Positions 27,400-35,789 of a stretch of DNA of 64,000 bases are shown here, in pieces (position 1 is the first letter of the stretch; each line of letters opens with the position of its first letter). The DNA comes from a virus. A model generated the notes under the pieces. That model searched no databases and was not told where the DNA came from. It worked only from the letters and a program-made list of their open reading frames with translations. The stretch lies in the IMG/VR virus record IMGVR_UViG_3300037308_000134, positions 1 to 64,000 of that record; one strand, 5' to 3'. Both the position numbers and the translations under genes were made by a program.

Positions 27400-28769
27400 A
27401 TTGTCTCCCTAACAAAGTATAGATTATCTCCGATAAGCTTATCTTTAAATCCATATGCATTAATGATACTTTTTAATTTTTTAAATGGAAACGCTTGATC
27501 TCCACCTATCCATGTTCTCATATTTTTAAACAATAATAATGCGGGAATTTTATCTGGAATTTTTTTGAAATATTCCTCAGCTTTATCTTTCTTTTTTAAT
27601 TTATGCTTAACAACCTCTAAACTATCAACATTACGCTCTATTAGCTTTATCCAGTTTTGTGCAAAAACATCTTCTGAAAACTTTTCAGAAACATGCTTTT
27701 TCAGCGTTAATCCAATTTGTTTTGTTTTTTGTAAATCTAAAATTAACTCTCTAGCCATTAAATATTGTGTCTTTTTCTCTGTAAAAATATATGGATAATT
27801 CGCTGGTAACAATTCTGGAAACGTTGCTTTATTTGGAGCTATAACCGCATGCCCAAGCAACATACTTTCAGCAATGCTTTGACAAAAAGTTTCATGCTGT
27901 GAATTAATCATATTAATATGAGCTGGAGCAATAAAATCTAAATATTGATCATGATCCAAGATGGAAGTTGGATAAATAACATACGGCTTACTTAGTGTTT
28001 CATTATTTTTATCTATGGAAGAAACAATTACTTTAAATGGAATTTTATCTGAATATAACTTATCAAATACTTCAAACGTATCTTGCCAATTCTTATATGT
28101 TTGAAGTCTATGATTATAAACAAATGTTGGTTCAGAATTGCTCTCTTTTATATGTTTATCATAATCTTCTGTTCTAAAACCATAATAGATAACATCACCT
28201 TTATATTTTGGAGTACTGCTAAAATGTCTTCTAAAGTTATCATCAAGCATACGCTTACAATTTAAACTATTAAAAATATTCATATGTGCTGACATTGAAC
28301 CAGCAATTTGAAGCATAATTATTCCACGATCACCAAAGTCTGTCATTGCATATGGCAAATCATTATGAATAACATAATGATGCTGATTTACAACAAATGG
28401 TGTTCCCTCTGGAGTAACTGCCTGAAAAAGCGGAATAAATTGAGATGTTATTTCTGGAGTATTATTAATAAACACATCATATGCATATTTTTGATTGATT
28501 CTTTGCCAATCGTCAACATTAAAATGAGTTACCATCTCCTTTTTATTAACAGAGATATAAAATGGTATTCGTAAAACATTTTCTTTATGTTCTTCAAAAA
28601 ATCCATCATTTTTATATTTCCAACCAATGTTAGACGGAAAAAGATATAAAAAAATCCAGTCTTTTCTAAACTTTAATATTGCATTAATTAGTCTTTTGTT
28701 AAAAACATAAGTGCTATCAGCATTTAAATTATAACTATTGCTAAACATCGGATATATTAAAATTACCAT
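27396..28769 (-). CDS. Probable GT-B fold glycosyltransferase
   Basis: The C-terminal segment QSIAESMLLGHAVIAPNKATFPELL resembles the GT1/GT4 donor-binding region. Weak call. Confidence 0.4.
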   Translation of the reverse strand: MVILIYPMFSNSYNLNADSTYVFNKRLINAILKFRKDWIFLYLFPSNIGWKYKNDGFFEEHKENVLRIPFYISVNKKEMVTHFNVDDWQRINQKYAYDVFINNTPEITSQFIPLFQAVTPEGTPFVVNQHHYVIHNDLPYAMTDFGDRGIIMLQIAGSMSAHMNIFNSLNCKRMLDDNFRRHFSSTPKYKGDVIYYGFRTEDYDKHIKESNSEPTFVYNHRLQTYKNWQDTFEVFDKLYSDKIPFKVIVSSIDKNNETLSKPYVIYPTSILDHDQYLDFIAPAHINMINSQHETFCQSIAESMLLGHAVIAPNKATFPELLPANYPYIFTEKKTQYLMARELILDLQKTKQIGLTLKKHVSEKFSEDVFAQNWIKLIERNVDSLEVVKHKLKKKDKAEEYFKKIPDKIPALLLFKNMRTWIGGDQAFPFKKLKSIINAYGFKDKLIGDNLYFVRETI

Positions 28770-28772
28770 ATG

Positions 28773-29348
28773 TCATAATTCACCAGCTAATTTTAAGATT
28801 TTAATCAAATCATAATTCAACTTGTGACAAACAGCTTTTACTTGCTCTTCATTAACTTTATCTATACGAAAAGTAATTGCAATTCTATCACTATTAGCTT
28901 CTCCAGCAGCTTTATCAAGCTGATCTTCTAAATCACTAAAATCAAGACGTTCTAACGCTTCACTAGCTAATGTTGGCTCTTCTAAATCAATAGAATAATC
29001 TTCCCAATTAATATCTTCCGTTTCTTTTGCTAAATCTGCAAGCATTGTATCAACATAATATCCAGCTCTATCATTATCAGATAAAGAATATTCCAATTTT
29101 TCAGATTCATTTTTAGGTTTAACTATGCTAACCCAAATCTGAGTTAAACCAAGCTCTTTCATAGCTTTTAAACGCATATTTCCACCAATTACTTCACCAG
29201 TTTCTGTAATAAGTAATGGTTTATACTGTCCAAAACGTTTAATTTGTTTTTTTAATCTTTCTAAACCTTCCTGTGTAATATCACGTGGGTTTTTGTCCCA
29301 TGTGTGTAATTTTTCTATATCCCAAAATAATTTTTGTTCTTCTGCCAT
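28773..29348 (-). CDS. ParB-like nuclease domain protein
   Basis: NPRDI...YKPLLITETGEVIGGNMRLKA matches ParB/Srx N-terminal domain motifs. Start trimmed to MAEEQ after SD AAAGGAG. Confidence 0.7.
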   Translation of the reverse strand: MAEEQKLFWDIEKLHTWDKNPRDITQEGLERLKKQIKRFGQYKPLLITETGEVIGGNMRLKAMKELGLTQIWVSIVKPKNESEKLEYSLSDNDRAGYYVDTMLADLAKETEDINWEDYSIDLEEPTLASEALERLDFSDLEDQLDKAAGEANSDRIAITFRIDKVNEEQVKAVCHKLNYDLIKILKLAGEL

Positions 29349-29349
29349 A

Positions 29350-29670
29350 TTATCTCCTTTCAAATCCTTTTACTTTATGTCCAGTTGATTTCCAACCAAA
29401 CTCATCATCTTTTAAATTATATCGTGTTTCTCTTGGATCAACACGTGTACCTTTGGTAGTTATACCAACAGTTCTTCCATGTTCATCAGTGCCAAAAGCT
29501 GTAACATCTTTATATTTATTAAACACAATATTCTTTTTATGAATAGTGCTTACCATTCGTGCTACATCTCCACAAACAGAACATTGTGTTGTTGTATGCC
29601 AACCACGATATTTTAACTCAAATATATGAGAACACTTTTCACACTGATATTTAATTTTCCACGGTTTCAT
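29350..29670 (-). CDS. Zinc-ribbon protein, unknown function
   Basis: CEKC...CSVCG pairs. 106 aa. Confidence 0.6.
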   Translation of the reverse strand: MKPWKIKYQCEKCSHIFELKYRGWHTTTQCSVCGDVARMVSTIHKKNIVFNKYKDVTAFGTDEHGRTVGITTKGTRVDPRETRYNLKDDEFGWKSTGHKVKGFERR

Positions 29671-29733
29671 ACCATCTTAACTGTGCGCTTGATCCAGCTT
29701 CTTTTATATTATCAAATATTGGCTGCAAGTTAA

Positions 29734-30204
29734 TTAAGATCGTAATTGCACTAAATAAGCATACCATAAAGCATCGCATAGTTCCTCTGAGCTTTCTAAG
29801 CGCATAGATTTATTGATTGACGATATTGAATCTGTTTCTGGAGGTTCACCCATAAACGTAACTTCATAGCTAGATGGATTAGATTTAATAATAGTAAACT
29901 TTCCAAGCCTGTAAATAAGATTAGTGACAGATGGTAGTGGATATATTTCAGCTTTAACTAAAATAGTTCCATCTTTATCAACATCAACTTTCTTGGCAAT
30001 ATTAACACCTTCACCATATTCTCCAGCGCATGCGTTATGAATTATGTCTATGTCTTCATGTGTTTCATATTTTCCGTCTGGAAGCTTAACAGTCGTAACA
30101 CGATAATACATATCACCCTCTTCTGGTATCCAAGAATCTTGTAAATACTTTCGTTCTTTTTCTGTTAACTCTTTAAACTGATCAACTGTTATATTTAATT
30201 TCAT
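29734..30204 (-). CDS. Hypothetical protein
   Basis: 156-aa ORF with an ATGA overlap to the upstream gene. Confidence 0.6.
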   Translation of the reverse strand: MKLNITVDQFKELTEKERKYLQDSWIPEEGDMYYRVTTVKLPDGKYETHEDIDIIHNACAGEYGEGVNIAKKVDVDKDGTILVKAEIYPLPSVTNLIYRLGKFTIIKSNPSSYEVTFMGEPPETDSISSINKSMRLESSEELCDALWYAYLVQLRS

Positions 30205-30767
30205 AGATTATAAATATTAACCATATTATTAGACTGTAAAATTGACCATTCTATATTTAACGACAATGCAGACTTTTTAAATTTCGTACCAAGATAAATA
30301 GATGATTTACCGCCACTCTGAAGAAGTCCAGACAAACCGCTACGCATCTTATCTAAATTAATAATATAAATCTTATTTGGTTGTGAAGCAGAAAACATTC
30401 CATCTGATGAGGAACAAATAACATGAACTAATCTATTTATGTGTTTATCAAAAAACAATCCAGCAGCTTGTTCAATTGGAAGCACGAGGTCTTTTAATAT
30501 CTCTATATTTAAATTTTGTGAATCTACTGTCTTGTATTTTTCTACAGCTAATAATTTCTTATCTCCATATGTTAATGTAATATGCTGTTTATATCTATTA
30601 TCACGCATTACTGCACATTTGAGCTGTTCAGCATAAAAATTATCCATGAAAGGCATGTGGAAATGCGCAAAAGAACGCTGGATTTTCATTTGAAAATCAA
30701 ATGTTAATCCTTTATAAACTTGCGTTTGATCCCACTTCGCCAATTGTCTAATTTCGTTAAATTCCAT
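30201..30767 (-). CDS. Hypothetical protein
   Basis: 188-aa ORF packed in the operon. Confidence 0.6.
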   Translation of the reverse strand: MEFNEIRQLAKWDQTQVYKGLTFDFQMKIQRSFAHFHMPFMDNFYAEQLKCAVMRDNRYKQHITLTYGDKKLLAVEKYKTVDSQNLNIEILKDLVLPIEQAAGLFFDKHINRLVHVICSSSDGMFSASQPNKIYIINLDKMRSGLSGLLQSGGKSSIYLGTKFKKSALSLNIEWSILQSNNMVNIYNL

Positions 30768-30771
30768 ATTA

Positions 30772-31857
30772 TCATATTTTACTGGTCAATCTGGTTTTGG
30801 TCAGGGTAAACCAGTACTCATCCTCTTCTATACCTATAATACTTCTATCTAATTTTCGTGCTTCGTCAAGAATTGTTCCAACTCCACAAAATGGATCAAG
30901 AACAACATCTTTTACATTGGTGGATATAGATATTAATTTATTAGCAACAAACTGAGGAACATCTCTTTCATGACTGGAAGATGCGTCAAAATCCATCTCA
31001 AATACATCCTTAGTATAGTCAATTAAGTTATTTGTATATTTATCAGACTTACTTGCCCATATAATCGTCTTATGAGCTGGAATTAACGTAGAAATAGCTG
31101 TTACCTTACCAGCTGTTTTGTAATACCAAATTAAATCACGAATAACAGTAAGACCATGATACATGCATAGTGGAGCTAAACTAAAAATAGAATTATAATC
31201 TCCAAATAACATAACAGAACCAGTTGGTTTTAGTTTTCTGGATACCATTTCAAACCAAGAATAATCTCCAGATGGCGGATAACTAATAATAGCGTCAACA
31301 GATGCTTCAGCTATATCATCTAAATGTTTCATTGATGGATATATAAAAACACTTCCAGCTGGAACTATCGGTGTAGACGTAGCAACTGTTTCTGATTCAA
31401 CTGGAACAGCTTCAACAGCTTTTTTAATCTCATCTTGTCGTTTAGACACAGTATATGCACGAATTTCTCTCTCCAAATCAGGTCTACGCAATGTTTTTGC
31501 TTTTTCAATCCACTCATCTGCTATTTCTGGCTCTTTTCTGACGATTGGAAGTATCTTCCATAATTTTGTATAGTCTGTACCAACAAGTGAAGCGTGCTTC
31601 ATTTTACGCTCTACAATATACGTTTTATATAAATCAACAAATAAATATCCTAAACGTTTAGAGATATCAACATCTGGAGAACTTAACCAAAGAGGAAATG
31701 ATTCGTAGCCCAACTCTTTATAATATGCGTTATCGTGGATTTCAGAAAGAAGTTCTGCCATTACCCATGTATTTTCACCTATATTTCGCTTTAGCTCTAT
31801 AATCTTCTGCTCAAATTCGTGAGCAGTATTAGCACGTTTTTCAATAGCTTTAGACAT
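30772..31857 (-). CDS. DNA methyltransferase (beta-class N4/N6 type) with an N-terminal extra domain
   Basis: Motif IV-like IISYPPSG precedes motif I VLDPFCGVGTILDEARKLDRSIIGIEEDE. Confidence 0.75.
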   Translation of the reverse strand: MSKAIEKRANTAHEFEQKIIELKRNIGENTWVMAELLSEIHDNAYYKELGYESFPLWLSSPDVDISKRLGYLFVDLYKTYIVERKMKHASLVGTDYTKLWKILPIVRKEPEIADEWIEKAKTLRRPDLEREIRAYTVSKRQDEIKKAVEAVPVESETVATSTPIVPAGSVFIYPSMKHLDDIAEASVDAIISYPPSGDYSWFEMVSRKLKPTGSVMLFGDYNSIFSLAPLCMYHGLTVIRDLIWYYKTAGKVTAISTLIPAHKTIIWASKSDKYTNNLIDYTKDVFEMDFDASSSHERDVPQFVANKLISISTNVKDVVLDPFCGVGTILDEARKLDRSIIGIEEDEYWFTLTKTRLTSKI

Positions 31858-31862
31858 ATATA

Positions 31863-32030
31863 TTATTTGGCTTGAATACGCTCATACTCTGATGCTGGTA
31901 TGCGGTATTCTCCGCCTTTAACCACTTGACTTGCTTTTAATACTCCAAGTTTAATCCATCTATAAACAGTGCGTTCTGTCACCCGCATCTTCTCAGCGAA
32001 TTCCCTGACTGTAAAAGTTTCTATGTCCAT
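31863..32030 (-). CDS. Excisionase/MerR-like helix-turn-helix DNA-binding protein (55 aa)
   Basis: Hand-translated MDIETFTVREFAEKMRVTERTVYRWIKLGVLKASQVVKGGEYRIPASEYERIQAK. Below the track size cutoff. Confidence 0.65.
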   Translation of the reverse strand: MDIETFTVREFAEKMRVTERTVYRWIKLGVLKASQVVKGGEYRIPASEYERIQAK

Positions 32031-32039
32031 ATGTGACAT

Positions 32040-32069
32040 ATTGTATCATCATATAAACAGAGATGTCAA
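32040..32069 (-). promoter_or_regulatory. Sigma70-type promoter TTGACA-18-TACAAT giving a near-leaderless mRNA
   Basis: TTGACA at 32069-32064 and TACAAT at 32045-32040. Only 9 nt separate the -10 from the ATG at 32030. Confidence 0.5.
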
Positions 32070-32074
32070 ACTTT

Positions 32075-32497
32075 CTACAAAGAACGCAAATACTCTGCCC
32101 ATTGAGATGAATTAAAAAGCCTCCATTTCTTTTTGTTTAAACTATATACATATAACCAACGCATATCTTTCTGATATACGACCAGATAGACAGGAGCATG
32201 AAGCAATTGTCCAAGACGCTCACATACTGCTGCTTGTTTATCTCTGTTGTACCAGCGATCAATGATCGCATTAAGATAGTTTTGAGTAACTGCTTCACTA
32301 TCACAACGTGTTATCTCTGTTATAGCGATTGGTGTTAGAACACCATTTTTATTTCGCCATTTTATCAGATCAACATCAAGATAAAATCCATTTGTTTCAA
32401 CGCTTCGCAGCCAATTCTTATACCTCAAACTCCTGTCTTCTGTATCTTCTCGCTGATATGCTTTCTGATGATTAGAATTGTATTTTTTCATCAACAT
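32075..32497 (-). CDS. Hypothetical protein
   Basis: 140-aa ORF. Confidence 0.6.
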   Translation of the reverse strand: MLMKKYNSNHQKAYQREDTEDRSLRYKNWLRSVETNGFYLDVDLIKWRNKNGVLTPIAITEITRCDSEAVTQNYLNAIIDRWYNRDKQAAVCERLGQLLHAPVYLVVYQKDMRWLYVYSLNKKKWRLFNSSQWAEYLRSL

Positions 32498-32517
32498 ATC
32501 ATCTAGGCTACATACAC

Positions 32518-32925
32518 TTAAAAAGGCATATCTGTTCCAGTCTGAGTTTCTACATGCTCCTTCGGTATTGAATCATCAAAATCAGCTTCAGTTTTACTAT
32601 TAGGAGATAGCGTAATCATATCTTCCATAACTATTTCAGTCATGAAGCGCTTTTCGCCATCTTTCTCATATGTTCTGGTAGAAATTCTTCCAGAAACATA
32701 AACCTTAGTTCCTTTTTTAAGAAACTTAGCACAAATCTCAGCTAATTTAGACCATGCTATAACACGATGAAACTCTGTTTCTGTTTTCTTTTCAGTACCA
32801 ACAGTCCATTGTCTATCGGTTGCAACAACAATATTGCAAATTGGAGTATTGCTCGGAGTAAAACGAAGCTCAGGGTCTTTTACCAGATTACCAATCAATG
32901 TTACACGATTTAAGCTTTTTGCCAC
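32518..32925 (-). CDS. ssb: Single-stranded DNA-binding protein
   Basis: LNRVTLIGNLVKDPELRFTPSN OB-fold N-terminus and acidic tail ending DMPF. GTG start after SD AAAGGGGGTGA. Confidence 0.9.
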   Translation of the reverse strand: MAKSLNRVTLIGNLVKDPELRFTPSNTPICNIVVATDRQWTVGTEKKTETEFHRVIAWSKLAEICAKFLKKGTKVYVSGRISTRTYEKDGEKRFMTEIVMEDMITLSPNSKTEADFDDSIPKEHVETQTGTDMPF

Positions 32926-32946
32926 ATTATCACCCCCTTTCTACAC

Positions 32947-33186
32947 TTATTTACTACCCATATTAGCAACTGGAAGAGTAACTGGTTGTTCACCAGTTGG
33001 TGATGCTCCAGGCTCATCACTCAATATAATTTTTTCTACTTCAGCTTTCTTCTCATCAGCTGGAGTTGGTTTATACCAGTTATTAGCTTTAGCATCGTAA
33101 TGCCAACCAGCATCCAGATTCATATGACACTTCTTATATTTTTGACCGCTTCCACAATAACACAAATCATTTCTTTTCATTTTCAT
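32947..33186 (-). CDS. SEC-C motif metal-binding protein
   Basis: NDLCYCGSGQKYKKCH. Start trimmed to MKMKRND after SD AGGAGGG. Confidence 0.7.
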   Translation of the reverse strand: MKMKRNDLCYCGSGQKYKKCHMNLDAGWHYDAKANNWYKPTPADEKKAEVEKIILSDEPGASPTGEQPVTLPVANMGSK

Positions 33187-33327
33187 AAACCCTCCTGCGT
33201 TAAGAGCAGCGTGAACCACTTATCAGGGCAACAACAGGCCACAATGATGTGGTGATGACGTGTTCTTGCTTTCCCTACTTAACAACAGAAGGGCATATGA
33301 AAGCCCGCTGTTGATCAGCGTTTGCTA

Positions 33328-33356
33328 CTCTTTTTCTTTTTTTTCTTTTCTTTCTT
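33328..33356. repeat. 29-nt pure polypyrimidine tract on plus strand (polypurine on minus)
   Basis: CTCTTTTTCTTTTTTTTCTTTTCTTTCTT read directly from the sequence. Confidence 0.9.
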
Positions 33357-33366
33357 ACGAAAATCT

Positions 33367-33570
33367 TTATTTGCCATAGACAAATTCGTATAACTGATTA
33401 TATCTGGTAAGAGCTTGTTTATCGTTTGGATTATGCTTCATGTACGTTTCCAGTCTGCGCATCTTATTCTTTTCTCTGCGCTTTTGGCTGCGATATCTTG
33501 CACATTTTACTTCCATACGATGGTATTTTTTAGTACCACTCTTTCCTTTTTTTCCTCTAATAGCACCCAT
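33367..33570 (-). CDS. Small highly basic protein (67 aa, Lys/Arg-rich)
   Basis: MGAIRGKKGKSGTKKYHRMEVKCARYRSQKRREKNKMRR.... SD AAGGGGGTGA. Confidence 0.7.
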   Translation of the reverse strand: MGAIRGKKGKSGTKKYHRMEVKCARYRSQKRREKNKMRRLETYMKHNPNDKQALTRYNQLYEFVYGK

Positions 33571-33637
33571 GACTATTCACCCCCTTGCGAGGGTCATCAA
33601 ATTACTGGTGATGACCTAGATAGTCATAGTGCCTCCT

Positions 33638-33775
33638 TTAAGTTTTGTGTGTTAATACATCTATCAAAAAACATAATGTCAAAGCGATACCCCAATTATT
33701 CCAGTTGGAAAATATCTGAACTGGCGGTGTATGATTTATTAACCATACAATTAACCAAATAATAGTTAAACTCAT
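33638..33775 (-). CDS. Small membrane protein (45 aa)
   Basis: Hand-translated MSLTIIWLIVWLINHTPPVQIFSNWNNWGIALTLCFLIDVLTHKT. ATGA overlap with the upstream stop. Confidence 0.45.
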   Translation of the reverse strand: MSLTIIWLIVWLINHTPPVQIFSNWNNWGIALTLCFLIDVLTHKT

Positions 33776-34020
33776 AGCTGTGTCCTTTTTGCATCAAAAA
33801 TCATATCCTTAAGTAATCGGTAGTTTTTAAATAGTTCAATGGGATTTACACGCGCTTTGCCTGAATAATATTGGGAGTTTACTGCTGTTTCAGCTTTCTC
33901 TTGAGGATCAAACATAAAAAATACACTTGTCGGGTTAGTTTTATCAACACCCTTAAATGTTATCTCTTCTAAAGTCAATAAATATGACGCTATCTGAATT
34001 GAATTAGTTTTATACTGCAT
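33772..34020 (-). CDS. Hypothetical protein (possibly DUF5659-like)
   Basis: 82-aa ORF. The N-terminal IQIASYLLT...FKGV pattern gives a weak family recollection. Confidence 0.5.
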   Translation of the reverse strand: MQYKTNSIQIASYLLTLEEITFKGVDKTNPTSVFFMFDPQEKAETAVNSQYYSGKARVNPIELFKNYRLLKDMIFDAKRTQL

Positions 34021-34050
34021 ATATCATGACATCTGTTATCTTATATGCTA

Positions 34051-34078
34051 ATAATACATCATTTATTTAAATTGTCAA
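34051..34078 (-). promoter_or_regulatory. Sigma70-type promoter TTGACA-16-TATTAT
   Basis: TTGACA at 34078-34073, immediately downstream of tRNA-Gly. TATTAT at 34056-34051. Confidence 0.45.
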
Positions 34079-34081
34079 TTG

Positions 34082-34152
34082 AGCATCTGAGGGGATTCGG
34101 ACCCCTATTTCCTCATTGGAAGTGAGGGCGATTTCCTTTATCGTACAGATGC
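34082..34152 (-). tRNA. tRNA-Gly (anticodon UCC)
   Basis: Hand-folded. 7-bp acceptor GCATCTG/CAGATGC, D stem CGAT/ATCG, anticodon stem CCTCA/TGAGG with loop CTTCCAA, T arm AGGGG-TCCGAAT-CCCCT, discriminator U. No encoded CCA. The T-loop has C at position 55, which is atypical. Confidence 0.75.
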
Positions 34153-34269
34153 ATCGCAAGCGAGAAACATTCAACACGTAAGCACTGCTCATCAAGTTGG
34201 CTCGCTTGCGTTACTTTTGATCTTTGCAGATCAACAAAGTGTATGTGCTTGATTTTAACGCACTTACGC

Positions 34270-34345
34270 TGGTCAGCGTGGCAGGACTTGAACCTGCAAC
34301 CTCACGATCCCAAATCGTGCGCTCTGCCAATTGAGCTACGCACTG
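34270..34345 (-). tRNA. tRNA-Pro (anticodon UGG)
   Basis: Hand-folded cloverleaf. C1-G72 pair, D arm GCTC-AATTGGCA-GAGC, anticodon stem CACGA/TCGTG with loop TTTGGGA (G37), T arm GCAGG-TTCAAGT-CCTGC, discriminator A, encoded CCA. One C-A mismatch in the acceptor stem. Confidence 0.85.
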
Positions 34346-34355
34346 TATACTTCCA

Positions 34356-34862
34356 TTATACCTTTGGAAACTCGTGAGTCAAGTTTTCCACAGCAGTATT
34401 TTCATCAATTTTAGGCTCAGTTTCAGCAATCTCATCAAGCATTGTGTCTACTTTTTGAGTGTGTTCATCCATACGCATAACTTCTTCCATTTGCGCTTGT
34501 TCTATGGCTTTTCTAGTAGCTGCTGCTTCTCTATCTAAACGTGTACGTTCTGAAAGATATGCCATATGTTTATTCATATCTTCAACAATCCACTCTTTAT
34601 TTTTATAAACCAAACCAGTTCTTCCTAAATCTGTACGCTTAAACCAACCCCATCTACCACACTTTACAAGTCCACGAACAGACAATCTTGCACGTGCTTC
34701 TTCTGCTATCGCTTGAACATACTTCATTTGACCTTTATGCAAAAACTTATTTTGACATCTAAATAATGTATAAGAATGAAACTTTTTCAAATCTGCACCT
34801 TTTTCTATTTCCATCATTGTCATTGCTATATCTTGATCCATATTATCTATGATCTCCATCAC
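34356..34862 (-). CDS. Hypothetical protein
   Basis: 168-aa ORF ending 10 nt upstream of tRNA-Pro. Confidence 0.6.
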   Translation of the reverse strand: MMEIIDNMDQDIAMTMMEIEKGADLKKFHSYTLFRCQNKFLHKGQMKYVQAIAEEARARLSVRGLVKCGRWGWFKRTDLGRTGLVYKNKEWIVEDMNKHMAYLSERTRLDREAAATRKAIEQAQMEEVMRMDEHTQKVDTMLDEIAETEPKIDENTAVENLTHEFPKV

Positions 34863-35178
34863 CGTGGAGAACTCCTCTTTTATATCTATCTTTTAATTTT
34901 TTAATATTATATTCTGCTATCTTACTTAATGGTATACCAAGCTCTTTTGATAAAGCTGCTATATACCAAAGCACGTCTCCAAGCTCTGTGGCAATTTCAA
35001 CTTTTTGCTCTGGTGTTAACTCACCATTAAAATCACGAAACACTTTCTTAACCCTCTCTGCCACTTCTCCAGCTTCCCCAGTTAGACCAAGAGCTGGGTA
35101 GGCGATATTATGCCCTTGGTCTGGATAGAGAGCTGTTTTTAACGCTTTATCTTGATACGTGTCAAAATCTAGAGCCAT
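34843..35178 (-). CDS. mazG: MazG-like nucleotide pyrophosphohydrolase
   Basis: LGLTGEAGEVAERVKK...ELGDVLWYIAAL canonical MazG motifs. Confidence 0.85.
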   Translation of the reverse strand: MALDFDTYQDKALKTALYPDQGHNIAYPALGLTGEAGEVAERVKKVFRDFNGELTPEQKVEIATELGDVLWYIAALSKELGIPLSKIAEYNIKKLKDRYKRGVLHGDGDHR

Positions 35179-35630
35179 AAATACCAGAAATACTTAATAA
35201 ACAACATTGAACCACGTTCCCACTCTCTCTTCAATCGTGCATTTTTCTTTTCATTACCATAAAGCATAAAATTACGCTCTTGCAACTCTCTGGATGCTTT
35301 AAATCCTCTTCGTATATGAGCGAGAACATTTAACCAATCTTGATATGTTTTAACTGATTTTGTTTGCGGAAAGCCAATTGTACTTTCCCTGAAACTTCCA
35401 ATTGCTTTTTCCAGCATATTGGAAAGATAAAAATCAAAATCAATCAAATCAACATCAGCGTATCCCCTTCTTCCACGCTGTACAAAACTGTACAAGTTAC
35501 GAAAAGGTGAACGAATAGTTTCGCCAATCGTTATCAAAAAATCTTCCACTCTTTCCAGTAATGTAATTTTATAATCTCCAAAAATATCAGCTGTCGTATA
35601 TCTTCCAGTTTTTGGATTGCGTATATTCAT
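35169..35630 (-). CDS. Hypothetical protein
   Basis: 153-aa ORF with SD AAAGGAGGTGA. Confidence 0.65.
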   Translation of the reverse strand: MNIRNPKTGRYTTADIFGDYKITLLERVEDFLITIGETIRSPFRNLYSFVQRGRRGYADVDLIDFDFYLSNMLEKAIGSFRESTIGFPQTKSVKTYQDWLNVLAHIRRGFKASRELQERNFMLYGNEKKNARLKREWERGSMLFIKYFWYLWL

Positions 35631-35788
35631 AGTTCACCTCCTTTTTTACGATTATACTTACTCTTTTTTTTAAATAAGTTTCCCATATCTTTTCTATAAT
35701 ATTCACGATAGCACTCATTGTGCCATAATCGCTTTTTACCATTTTTCATAACACCAGCATCTTTACCACAACCTAGACAAATTGCCAT
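35627..35788 (-). CDS. Small zinc-binding protein (53 aa)
   Basis: Hand-translated MAICLGCGKDAGVMKNGKKRLWHNECYREYYRK.... SD GGAGG, TAAtATG junction upstream and ATGA junction downstream. Confidence 0.55.
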   Translation of the reverse strand: MAICLGCGKDAGVMKNGKKRLWHNECYREYYRKDMGNLFKKKSKYNRKKGGEL

Positions 35789-35789
35789 A

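Noticed and set aside
28773-32030. ParB-like protein, methyltransferase and HTH as a restriction-modification or partition system
   Set aside because: No restriction endonuclease or ParA ATPase is recognisable. A ParB-domain protein plus an orphan methyltransferase is a common phage arrangement.
33367-33570. Phage-encoded ribosomal protein (bS21 or bS20-like), because of size and basicity
   Set aside because: I could not align it from memory to the conserved S21 or S20 motifs. Composition alone is not evidence.
34153-34269. A third tRNA gene between tRNA-Pro and tRNA-Gly
   Set aside because: No T-loop (TTCRANY) or cloverleaf could be drawn; only simple hairpins are present.
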